Shown here: piece by piece, positions 50,129 to 59,549 of the stretch
How positions within the stretch are numbered: position 1 is the first letter of the stretch
Layout of the letters: each line of letters opens with the position of its first letter
Origin: an uncultured archaeon
GTDB taxonomy: Archaea > Asgardarchaeota > Lokiarchaeia > Sigyniarchaeales > SOKP01
Reading direction: 5' to 3'
Assembly (NCBI GenBank): GCA_964493715.1
Contig: CAZBPC010000003.1
Location: 1-64,000 of the forward strand
DNA length: 64,000 nucleotides
The notes under the pieces: model-generated
What the model was told of the DNA's origin: nothing
The model's database searches: none
What the model saw: the letters and a program-made list of their open reading frames with translations, nothing else
Made by a program: the position numbers and the translations under genes

Positions 50129-51208
50129 TCATAGAACTAAAGTGATATTGTTATAAATTATCAAGACAATTAAGATATCATATATAATACCCGCTATTAT
50201 GGTATTAAAGAGATTTCCATTGATTTCATAAATAATTCCTAACACACTAAATACCAAGAAGTTTATTAAAAAGAAATAGACTCCTGCCGGGAAAGTGAAA
50301 AAGAGAATGAGTCCAGAATAGGTTAAAGCGACTGTTAAAATAATTGTAATTCGTCCTGTAACTTTATTATCAAAATATTCTTTTAAAGCATTATGTAATA
50401 CACCCCGATAAACTATTTCAGTTGAAATAGTTCCTAAACATAATAGAATTATCAAGGGAATTATCCAAAGAATACCAGCATCCCTAATAAGTTGATTCTC
50501 TTCAATAATATAAGTTTTAATATCATAAATATTAATTCCAAGATCGTACGTAAAATCGATGATGATGTTTGACGATAAATCAATCAAAATCAAACATATA
50601 GCTCCTAAAATACCTATTAAGAAAGCTATAAAGATTTTGTTACTTTCAAAGTTTAACCCTATTTTTTTAAAATCATGCTTTTTAGAATAGATATACCATA
50701 TTGGATAGACCCCAAAAATGATAGTCGGTATTTGTTCCAAATATCGGGCTGCCATACTCGTTTCAATTGCTAGAGTAACAATCAAGATAATTATCAAAAA
50801 TCGGAGAAAAACGTAAAACATTAACGCATTTGTGAATATACTTATACCTTCACGAATTGTCCACACATCCTTTTTCACGGCGAATTTTTGTTCTGATACA
50901 AATTTTTTATTTGTAAATATTACTCCCGTCTTTCTTTGAGATTTTTCTTCAGATTCTGTTATAGGTTGTTTGATTGCTTTCTCTAATTTGGCATTACATA
51001 TAGGGCATTGTTCTAAGATTTGAGAGGTAATAATAGATCCACATCCGGGGCATATACGTGAAATCGATGGAGGTTTTTTAGATTGAGGTTTTATTAATTT
51101 CGCAACTAATTTCCCGCATTTTGGACAATAAACTTCCGAATCACTTACTTCGGTTCCACAATGAACACAATACTTAATTTTCTTTACAGTTTCTTTATCA
51201 TTAGACAT
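50129..51208 (-). CDS. Zinc-ribbon + degenerate CPBP membrane protein
   Basis: Four CxxC pairs, then TM helices with TEIVYRG; the catalytic His motifs are absent. Confidence 0.75.
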   Translation of the reverse strand: MSNDKETVKKIKYCVHCGTEVSDSEVYCPKCGKLVAKLIKPQSKKPPSISRICPGCGSIITSQILEQCPICNAKLEKAIKQPITESEEKSQRKTGVIFTNKKFVSEQKFAVKKDVWTIREGISIFTNALMFYVFLRFLIIILIVTLAIETSMAARYLEQIPTIIFGVYPIWYIYSKKHDFKKIGLNFESNKIFIAFLIGILGAICLILIDLSSNIIIDFTYDLGINIYDIKTYIIEENQLIRDAGILWIIPLIILLCLGTISTEIVYRGVLHNALKEYFDNKVTGRITIILTVALTYSGLILFFTFPAGVYFFLINFLVFSVLGIIYEINGNLFNTIIAGIIYDILIVLIIYNNITLVL

Positions 51209-51360
51209 ATTAAATCATAGTTAATAGCTTATCTATATTAAATAATGATTATTATTGTTTCTTAGTACAATATGGAATCAATAATTTTATAGTTTATCAT
51301 TATCTTTGCTAGTTTATTAGGATGATAACCTATTATTTAGATCTTGATTTAAGTATGCTC

Positions 51361-52614
51361 TCATTTTATATTCTTTTGAGCAAAAACCGATATCTCCATC
51401 ATTAATAACCCATGATAATAAGATATTGCATCATAATATCCCTCGCCATCATCTCTATTAGCATAAATCAACGCTAAGTGTGCATTGAGGGCTGCTTTCA
51501 TTAATAGTACAACTCCTTTATAGATCATATTTGGACTCCATGTTCCACGTTCTGGATTTGCCCACCATGTAGTATCTGAACAGATACTTCTGTCATAAAA
51601 CCATCGTGCGGTATTGTAATAATTCTGAATGTTCCATTCTTTGGTTAAATCTAATGTATCTGCCAAATGCATTAGATTATTCAAACTTTTAACAATTTTC
51701 CAATAATAGTTGTGAATTTTATTTAATGGATTATGCCAAAGAGGATAGGGTAAATTCTGCTTGATGTCATTCTCAGTAGTACTCCAACTCGATTCTTGTG
51801 GGACTAATTTTATATCACTAATAGGGAAATATTGATCTAACATACTGATAAAGGTAATTTCGATCTCTTCATCATTATTTATTATTTCCAATACTTTTTT
51901 CATAAAGGTTCTTTCATAATTTTTGATATGATGCCCAAAAGTCTCTCCATCCATCGCAGTTACTATATATGTACTGTTTTTATAATGTTGTTTCTCATCT
52001 TTATGCACATTTTTCAATTCTTTTATGAATTCTTTAGCTGTAATTTTATTAAAAGAGATCTTATTACTCAAGATATCGTCTCTAAAAAATAGCTTTAACC
52101 CATTGGGAGATTTATAGATAATATCATAAGGCCAGGGAAGCATATTTACTTCTCCAGGATAAGCAATTCCACTTTGAATAACCCAATCATAACCAATTTC
52201 TCTAACATACTTAGCAATTTTTGATGATGTGGCCATTTCAGGTGGGAAAAATCCTTTTCTTTCCCAAGCATTTCCAAATTCACGTCGAATTATTTCTTCA
52301 TTTAACTGAATCTGATGGAATGTTTCTTTTTTTGGGATTAATGGGAGAATAGGATGAAACTTAGCAGTACCCATTATTTCCAATTTTAATTCTGAAACGA
52401 GATTTTTCATTAATTCAACAGTGGAATCTAATCCGTTTTCAAGTAACATTTCAATTAGTCCTGCATTAACATTTAAAGTAAATTTGGCAATTTCACTTTC
52501 ATTAATTATTGAAAATAATGGTTCATAGCATTCTTTATCAATTTGTTCAAGTATTCTTACATCTTGAGTGGGAGGCTGGTATATATGTAGTAAAGGTGCC
52601 CAGTAAGTTGTCAT
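51361..52614 (-). CDS. Glycoside hydrolase family 57 protein
   Basis: HIYQP, HPILPL, FPPE (nucleophile), DGETFGHH, SSWS. Confidence 0.9.
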   Translation of the reverse strand: MTTYWAPLLHIYQPPTQDVRILEQIDKECYEPLFSIINESEIAKFTLNVNAGLIEMLLENGLDSTVELMKNLVSELKLEIMGTAKFHPILPLIPKKETFHQIQLNEEIIRREFGNAWERKGFFPPEMATSSKIAKYVREIGYDWVIQSGIAYPGEVNMLPWPYDIIYKSPNGLKLFFRDDILSNKISFNKITAKEFIKELKNVHKDEKQHYKNSTYIVTAMDGETFGHHIKNYERTFMKKVLEIINNDEEIEITFISMLDQYFPISDIKLVPQESSWSTTENDIKQNLPYPLWHNPLNKIHNYYWKIVKSLNNLMHLADTLDLTKEWNIQNYYNTARWFYDRSICSDTTWWANPERGTWSPNMIYKGVVLLMKAALNAHLALIYANRDDGEGYYDAISYYHGLLMMEISVFAQKNIK

Positions 52615-52649
52615 AAGAACATTCCAATATTAATTTCTAAATATGATTG

Positions 52650-54236
52650 CTATTCATTAATTTTAAAGGTTGGATCCTCTAAATCATTTTCTAAAAATGC
52701 GTTCTTTCTATCTTCGCAAGGTTTACATTTATTGCACGGTTTCATAAAATCCCCGTAACAACTCCAAGTAAATTCAAATGGTACATTTAGTTCCTTTCCT
52801 AATTTAACCACTTCTGATTTAGTTAGATTAATTAAAGGTAGCAAAAATTGGACTCTAGTTTTATCTGAAGTATGTTTTGAATCATTTATCAGACTTGTAA
52901 GATTAGTGAAGAACTTAGGTCTCGCATCAGGAAAGGTTCTTGTATCTTTCACAATGTGCCCTCCTATGATTAATTCACATCCATAGACTTCTGCGTAGTA
53001 AGCAGCAATAGAATAAAATACTAAATTTTTCATTGGGATAAATCCCTGAGGTGCTTGGAATACTGAAGGTATTGGATACCCTTCCATTTTGAGATCAGTA
53101 GCCTGCTGCATGAAAATGAGTGGAACTTCAATTAATTTTATATTTAATAATTCAGTAAGCTTTCTAGCAGCTTTAATCTCATTTTTTGCTCGCCATTTGT
53201 ATAATAGTGAAAGGGCAAAGATCTCGTAACCTTGATTGATTCCCCAAAATAATGCCGTAGCTGAATCAATACCTCCTGAAAGCAATAAAATTGCTCTTTT
53301 CCTAGTGTTAGATTTAATATCTGTACCGATTTCGGTATAAATTGCTGCATCTATTGCTTCTGATATGGGTGACAATTCAAATCCTAAGTCGTTAGTAGTA
53401 ATTTTACCATTAGGAGTTAAATCACATCGCATTACATCAACCATTTCTGCGCAGATATCTAATTTTTCAGGTGCATCTTCATAAGGGATGTGCGTTATTT
53501 TGGGTCTTGGCACGTTAAAGCCAAAAGAACTCAATTTTTTTATTACAATTTCAACTAACTCATTCATAGTAATTATTTGTGATCCCACGAGATCATATAT
53601 CTTATTTATATGTCTCTCTTCTGAGGTTGCTAATAGAAAAGCGGTAATTGCATCATTCAAGTAGATAGGATTCATTGGAATATTCCCATCTCCAGCGATA
53701 ATTACCTCCCCATCCACAATTTGATTAATTATCTCAGAAATCAACTCATCATGAGGACCTAAAATGTAAGAGGGTCTAAATATTATGTAAGGAATATTAG
53801 CTTGTTTTAAAACTTTTTCAGCTTCGAATTTAGATCTAAAATACTCATTTTTAGCCCATTCTACTTTATTATATTGATCAACACCCAAACCTGATAGATA
53901 GATAACTTTCGAGACATTGACTTTTTTAGCAGCTTCAAGAATATTCTTTAGTCCCTGAACATTGACTTTTTCAAAAATTTCTTTAGAACCACAAACAATA
54001 TTAGCAAAATGAAGGATTGCAGTACAATTTTCGAAAGCTTCTGTTAGTGATGGAATTTCAAAGTTCTTAACTAAAAACACTTGTGTACCCAATAACTGGA
54101 GCTCAGACATGACCTCTTTTCTCCTTACAATCGCATTCACGTCCCAATTTTGTGAACGCGCTTTTTTAATTGTTCCCATACCGAGATATCCATTAGCTCC
54201 TGTTATGGCAATTTTCTTTTCCTTCATTATGCACAT
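52650..54236 (-). CDS. queC: Fusion of an NAD(P)-binding SDR domain and 7-cyano-7-deazaguanine synthase QueC
   Basis: N-terminal TGANGYLG and YFRSK; C-terminal LLSGGIDS, FIPMKN, FPDAR, TWSCY...CNKCKPC. Confidence 0.88.
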   Translation of the reverse strand: MCIMKEKKIAITGANGYLGMGTIKKARSQNWDVNAIVRRKEVMSELQLLGTQVFLVKNFEIPSLTEAFENCTAILHFANIVCGSKEIFEKVNVQGLKNILEAAKKVNVSKVIYLSGLGVDQYNKVEWAKNEYFRSKFEAEKVLKQANIPYIIFRPSYILGPHDELISEIINQIVDGEVIIAGDGNIPMNPIYLNDAITAFLLATSEERHINKIYDLVGSQIITMNELVEIVIKKLSSFGFNVPRPKITHIPYEDAPEKLDICAEMVDVMRCDLTPNGKITTNDLGFELSPISEAIDAAIYTEIGTDIKSNTRKRAILLLSGGIDSATALFWGINQGYEIFALSLLYKWRAKNEIKAARKLTELLNIKLIEVPLIFMQQATDLKMEGYPIPSVFQAPQGFIPMKNLVFYSIAAYYAEVYGCELIIGGHIVKDTRTFPDARPKFFTNLTSLINDSKHTSDKTRVQFLLPLINLTKSEVVKLGKELNVPFEFTWSCYGDFMKPCNKCKPCEDRKNAFLENDLEDPTFKINE

Positions 54237-54404
54237 TCCACTGTATATATTAGTACATTAAAGATTATTTAAAAAGCATTTAAAAAATATGATTATAAGA
54301 TATAGCTAGGTTTAGTAGAAAAAAATTCATTTATGATTTTCAATGAAAAATTTTTTAAATTCTTAAAATTAAATCATAACAAATCTTGATCTTAACAAAA
54401 AACC

Positions 54405-54863
54405 ATGAAGAACAAAGTCCTTATTAAATCAAGTGAAATAAAATTTAGCGCTTGTCATTTTCTTAAAGAACCCCGGAAATGTTCCAGACTGCATGGACAT
54501 AATTACTACGTCTCTGCTGAAATAAGTTCTAATTTAGATGAAAATTATTTTGTAGTTGATTTTTTCGAACTTAAAAAACAGCTTAAAATAATTGTCGCCC
54601 CACTTGATCATTACATTTTAATTCCTGAAAAATCCGAGGACTTGGATATCGAGATCCAGAATGAGAGCATAAAAATCATTACTAAAAGTGGAAAGAGATA
54701 TGTATTCCCCTTTTCTGAGGTTAAATTTCTTCCATTACCTGCTACAACAAGCGAGTTACTCGCAAAATATATTCATGATCAATTAAAATTAAGATATTTT
54801 GACAAGAAAATTAAGGTTAAAATAGAAGAAAGTAGGAGTACGTGTGCTATTTACGAGGATTAA
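54405..54863 (+). CDS. queD: 6-carboxytetrahydropterin synthase QueD/PTPS
   Basis: FSACH, CSRLHGHNY, VDF, LDH, TSELLA. Confidence 0.9.
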   Translation: MKNKVLIKSSEIKFSACHFLKEPRKCSRLHGHNYYVSAEISSNLDENYFVVDFFELKKQLKIIVAPLDHYILIPEKSEDLDIEIQNESIKIITKSGKRYVFPFSEVKFLPLPATTSELLAKYIHDQLKLRYFDKKIKVKIEESRSTCAIYED

Positions 54864-54866
54864 TTA

Positions 54867-55979
54867 TTATTTTTCAATGATCTTTTCTTCAAGGGGAACA
54901 CCATAATGGGTCGCTCCAGGTCCAATATGAACTAAAATTTCATCACCTTTTTTAATGGTTACAACCGATACAGCTTTTCCATTTTTATCAACAAGTCTAA
55001 TAGTCTCTGCATTTTGACATATGACACTCATCGTAACGGGAGAATCCTCAACTGATGAAACTAATTCAAATCTCAGCATCGGTCTGATCTCGATTTTAAC
55101 TCTAGCCACTGTAACTACTCGTGTAAGACCATCCTTATTAATTATTAATACTTGGTCTCCCCCTTTTAATTCGCTAAGATATTTAGTGCGATATTTTTGA
55201 GAACCTCCCGATGGAACTAATATATAAGCCGAAACATCACCTGCATTAACTCTAAATGGTCTTGAAGAAATAAATTTAGTATCAAAAACTTCAGCGTGGA
55301 TTAATGCAAATCCTTTAGCTGTACTCCCTATAAGCATCCCCTCTCCTACTTCAAGAATGGAAGTTGTATCTACACACACCCGTGCACTTTCAGGTATATT
55401 TTGAATATCAATAACTTTCGCATTCGTCAAGTTGATCTTAAGATTTGGTCTATAAAATTTTTTCAATTCCTCTAATTCATCTACATCTTTAGGGGCGTAT
55501 AAAATCCCATCAACTCCCATTTCCAAAACATTAAGCATTAATTCTGCTTCTTTAATCGAGTATACTTCTGCGATTAAATTTATATTAGAAGAGTGCATTG
55601 CAGCAATAAGATTTTCATATGGTATAACTTTCCAATCTTTTGCTGAGACAATAATAAAATCAAGTAAGTTGGTTTCAGCAAGTCCTATAATTATATTTTC
55701 ATCTTCTTTAGTTACTAACTCTCTATAAATGCCAATTTTTGAAGGATTGGCTTCGTTTTTAGATTTGAATCTTTTTACCTCATCTATATCTGAACAAATT
55801 AGATTATTTATTGGTAATGTAAGATCCTTAGAATATATTTTTAGCCCTTCAATTTGAGAGAATTCTTGAAACGTGTCTTTTGAGACTATAATATCCAAGA
55901 AATCATGATTTAAAGCTTCTTGAATTAATTCTTCTAAATTTGGTTCTTTTTGCTCAAAATTAAGGATAATGGTCTTCAT
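54867..55979 (-). CDS. aroB': 3-dehydroquinate synthase II
   Basis: DWKVIPYENLIA, RVCVDT, SRPFRVNAG, YLSELKGG, QNAETIRL. Confidence 0.93.
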   Translation of the reverse strand: MKTIILNFEQKEPNLEELIQEALNHDFLDIIVSKDTFQEFSQIEGLKIYSKDLTLPINNLICSDIDEVKRFKSKNEANPSKIGIYRELVTKEDENIIIGLAETNLLDFIIVSAKDWKVIPYENLIAAMHSSNINLIAEVYSIKEAELMLNVLEMGVDGILYAPKDVDELEELKKFYRPNLKINLTNAKVIDIQNIPESARVCVDTTSILEVGEGMLIGSTAKGFALIHAEVFDTKFISSRPFRVNAGDVSAYILVPSGGSQKYRTKYLSELKGGDQVLIINKDGLTRVVTVARVKIEIRPMLRFELVSSVEDSPVTMSVICQNAETIRLVDKNGKAVSVVTIKKGDEILVHIGPGATHYGVPLEEKIIEK

Positions 55980-56141
55980 ATTTCATCAACAATGAAAATA
56001 AAATTTGGACTATGAAAGATTAAAGTTTAGAAATTATTTTATTTAACTAAATTTTCTATTAATATATTTAAGTCTGAAATTTCTTAATTATTAATAAAGA
56101 GAAATAATTAAAATAAACTTCCAATATGGAGATGAAACACA

Positions 56142-56792
56142 GTGGGAATTAAAAAAAAACTCTTTCCCCGAAAAGGACAAGAGAAGGAAGAACTTGTAAC
56201 TAAAGCAAAAGCTCACATACGTAAGATAGCTTTGGTAAATAAAACCTATAGCAAAAGATCAGAAATCGCAAGAAAGAATGCAAAAATTGCTTTGAAACGA
56301 GGAGAACGAGAAAGAGCGAAGAATTATTTAATCCAATTTAAACAATATCAACAGAAGGTTGACCGCGCTAATAATATTAGAGCTAAAATAGAACGTCAAA
56401 TAGAAGCTATAGATGAAGGGCGCATGATCTCAATGACTGGCGATTTGATGGGAGGAATCCGTGATGAACTTCAAGATATTGCAAGCAAAGCAGCTCCTAC
56501 CAAAATCGCAGAAATTGCGGAAGACTCTGAGGCTTATGTTTCTGAAATCGAAGAATCTGCTGAGATTTTAGCAGGTGATCCGGAGATTGACTTAGCTATC
56601 GATGTGACAGATGAATTAAATCAACTTGAAACCGAAATGTTATTAGATCAAGGTGGTCAGATACCTGAAGTACCTTCAGATGATTTACAATACATTTCGG
56701 AGTTTGATAGCGAAGAAGAAGAGCCTGAAATAAGAACTAAGGCTAAATTAGAAGACGAGATAGAAAAATTAAGAAAAGAGTTAGAATCATAA
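56142..56792 (+). CDS. ESCRT-III Snf7-family protein (Vps20/32/60-like)
   Basis: Basic helical hairpin (AKIALKRGERERAKNYL), acidic C-terminal half, DELNQLE, IPEVP. Confidence 0.85.
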   Translation: MGIKKKLFPRKGQEKEELVTKAKAHIRKIALVNKTYSKRSEIARKNAKIALKRGERERAKNYLIQFKQYQQKVDRANNIRAKIERQIEAIDEGRMISMTGDLMGGIRDELQDIASKAAPTKIAEIAEDSEAYVSEIEESAEILAGDPEIDLAIDVTDELNQLETEMLLDQGGQIPEVPSDDLQYISEFDSEEEEPEIRTKAKLEDEIEKLRKELES

Positions 56793-56838
56793 AATCTATT
56801 ATTAATCTACATTCTTAATAGTATCAAATTTCCTTCTT

Positions 56839-58917
56839 TTATGTATAATATCGTTTACCGTCATATTCTCGATATTTTCCTTTAATATCTTCAATTTCCT
56901 CCAATTCTTGACCTAGACATTCAATGTTCTTGTCGATTGAGTAAATCTGTTTCTGAAGGTTTTTGAAGGTCCTAAAATAGTCAACTTCAGAGATTATTCC
57001 TTGATCGAATTTTGCATCTAACGCTTTCAAAGTTTCATCTAAACTGTATTTTTCCTTCTCGAAATCACGTAATTTTCGAAACCTTTCTTTTTCTTTTTTT
57101 GAATATTTTCTATTAGTGTCTAAATCATTAGAAATGAAATTATCTTGGTTAAAGTATTCGGACAAGTGATTTTTGGAGTAATCATTATATATGGAACGCT
57201 TTCCTTCATTTATATTCAAATATGAACCATGATCTCGTTGCAATATGTCATGAGATTCATTTACCTCTGGAGAATGAAAGAAACCATTTTTTTGAACTTG
57301 CTCGAGTTTTCTCATTAGAATTTTTTTATTATTTGGATCTATTCTCTGATTATTGTTAATAAATTGGTTCCTTTCATAGTTCTGAATTCTGCGAGGATCG
57401 TATAAATTTTGAGGAATAAAGCGATTATCATAATATGGTTGCTTCTTTTGATTATAAATCCTTGAATTTCCATAGAATAACAATTTTTCGGGATCTTGAT
57501 AAGGAAATCCATTAAAATTAATTTGTTGGGGGATATCCTGATATTCTAGGGGAGGAATGGGTTGCGAGACTTGATAATTCGGAATATAATTAAGTGGATT
57601 ATTATTATATGCTTGATATGGTTGTTGCTGAATTCTTGAAATATCAGGGGGAATATAATTTGATTGTCTAAACATATTTATTGGAATTAAATTGTCAGAA
57701 TTTTGATTTGCACTATTATATTGGCACTTTAAACTAAAAAAAGAGTTAATAGTTTCTTCTATAAACGCAGTTATATCATTTAAATCTATATAGATATTAT
57801 TAAGTTTCTCAGCTATCTCTTGATCATACTTAATAGTCTCATCAAAATTCCTTGCTAAAATGATATAATCCAAAACTCGGGTAATATTATTTGGTGGAAG
57901 AGTGAATTCATATCTTCCATAAGGAAATTCAATATATAATTTCTTGAACATTTTACCTTGGGATTTAATTTTAATTAAATCGTTTACAGGAGCTTTAAAA
58001 ATAACTTCTTTCTTTTTGTTTAGTTTTCCATATTCATGCACAAATGATAAGTCAAGATTTGTAATAAAAAGGATTCCTCTACTTTTTTTGAACTTATCTT
58101 GAGTGTTTAAACCATTGGCTAATTTTGCATAAATAGCATAAATTGGTTTTTCATTTTCAGCTAAATTCAAGTATTTTTTATAGGTGTCAAAGTAATAGAT
58201 GATTTTTTCAATAAATTTCAAATAATCTTGGATGCTTTCTATACTTGTAGAAATTGTTTTTATGTTATTGGATACGTATTCCTGAATGGAATTATTACTC
58301 CTTGTTAGATTCTCAAGTATTCCCTCAATAATAATTACATTGGCATTTGGTTGTGAGTAAATATCAAAAAAATATTCTTTATTCAATGATAAATGATTGA
58401 AAAGAATACTAATTTTCTCATGTAAATTTTCTTTTGCATAACTTAATAATTTAAATAATGCTAGAAGATCGGCTTCCAAATGGGGAAAGTGACAACATTT
58501 GATTGGAGGTGCTCGTGCGTTTTTTACTTTTTGGCGCAAATGATACATAGTATTTATGAGATCGTTCAGAGGTTCAATGAAGTATCGCACGTTTTTAATT
58601 AAATCTAAAAAACTTTTTTCTAAATCCTCTTTTTTCTCATAGATATTAATTATTGATGTGGAATGACATTTTGGGCAAGCTTTTAATAATTGACTCCCTT
58701 GATTTATTTGTTCACTCTCACAATCTTTGCAAGAACCATATTTACCCGAATCCTTAATTTCTATATTCTTAGAATTACAATCTTGACAAATGAAATAATC
58801 AATTTTTTCTTCATGTAAGCAATCAGAACAACAACTGGCTCCACAATCCTCACAATAATAAGCCAGCTTAATATGTCTATGGCAGAATCGACAAATTTGC
58901 ACGTTTTGTTCTGACAT
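56839..58917 (-). CDS. Multidomain protein: Zn fingers, coiled coil, PH/GRAM-like domain, N/Q/P/Y-rich linker, steadiness-box-like C-terminus
   Basis: Six CxxC pairs; RGILFITN...; SLDETLKALDAKFDQGIISEVDYFRTFKNLQKQIY. Confidence 0.65.
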   Translation of the reverse strand: MSEQNVQICRFCHRHIKLAYYCEDCGASCCSDCLHEEKIDYFICQDCNSKNIEIKDSGKYGSCKDCESEQINQGSQLLKACPKCHSTSIINIYEKKEDLEKSFLDLIKNVRYFIEPLNDLINTMYHLRQKVKNARAPPIKCCHFPHLEADLLALFKLLSYAKENLHEKISILFNHLSLNKEYFFDIYSQPNANVIIIEGILENLTRSNNSIQEYVSNNIKTISTSIESIQDYLKFIEKIIYYFDTYKKYLNLAENEKPIYAIYAKLANGLNTQDKFKKSRGILFITNLDLSFVHEYGKLNKKKEVIFKAPVNDLIKIKSQGKMFKKLYIEFPYGRYEFTLPPNNITRVLDYIILARNFDETIKYDQEIAEKLNNIYIDLNDITAFIEETINSFFSLKCQYNSANQNSDNLIPINMFRQSNYIPPDISRIQQQPYQAYNNNPLNYIPNYQVSQPIPPLEYQDIPQQINFNGFPYQDPEKLLFYGNSRIYNQKKQPYYDNRFIPQNLYDPRRIQNYERNQFINNNQRIDPNNKKILMRKLEQVQKNGFFHSPEVNESHDILQRDHGSYLNINEGKRSIYNDYSKNHLSEYFNQDNFISNDLDTNRKYSKKEKERFRKLRDFEKEKYSLDETLKALDAKFDQGIISEVDYFRTFKNLQKQIYSIDKNIECLGQELEEIEDIKGKYREYDGKRYYT

Positions 58918-59113
58918 TTTTACATCTAAATCCCAATTTAATTATGAAAAAAGACAAAATTAAATAGTACTTTCAATAATTTTGAAGGGTTTTTTTAATT
59001 TCAATAGGTATGTTATTTGTGTAATATCTCTAAAATACTGAAATTGGGTCTATTTAAATAAATAAGAAAATGATTGAAAGATTTATAACAAGTTCAAAAG
59101 ATTAAAAACGAGA

Positions 59114-59410
59114 TTATTTAATGATCTTAATTTTTGTGCCTAAAGCCTGTCCTGGTAATCCTGCTCTTTTAAAATGTGCCCTAACAGCGCCACTATTACC
59201 GTGAGCTCTAGTGATAGCACCTTTCATTTCCTTTCCTGTTGAACTAATCCATAAAACAGTTCTTCCTGCTAATTTATTTGCATCTTTTCTAGTTTTAATG
59301 GTTGGGAATACTAAGATGCAATGTTTGGGGTGAATTGTATGCCGTCCTCGTTTATAATTTGAAATCGCACCCTCTAATCCAAGAAGTTCCAATTTATTAT
59401 TCAATGTCAT
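59114..59410 (-). CDS. rpl35ae: 50S ribosomal protein L35Ae
   Basis: NYKRG, GAITRAHGNSGAVRAHF, LPGQALG. Confidence 0.95.
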   Translation of the reverse strand: MTLNNKLELLGLEGAISNYKRGRHTIHPKHCILVFPTIKTRKDANKLAGRTVLWISSTGKEMKGAITRAHGNSGAVRAHFKRAGLPGQALGTKIKIIK

Positions 59411-59549
59411 AACTTACCACTCAAAATAGTTGTATATTTTCCTTTAATTTAAAAAAATATTTAAAAAGATAAAAAATTTTCGATAAATACTATATCCTCT
59501 TTTTTATAAAAGGTAAAATTTTTGTAGATTTTAGATTTATACTAAATCT

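Noticed and set aside
52650-53320. QueC as an anti-phage defence component (Qat/CBASS/Dpd type)
   Set aside because: No defence partner genes nearby; adjacency to queD favours preQ0 synthesis.
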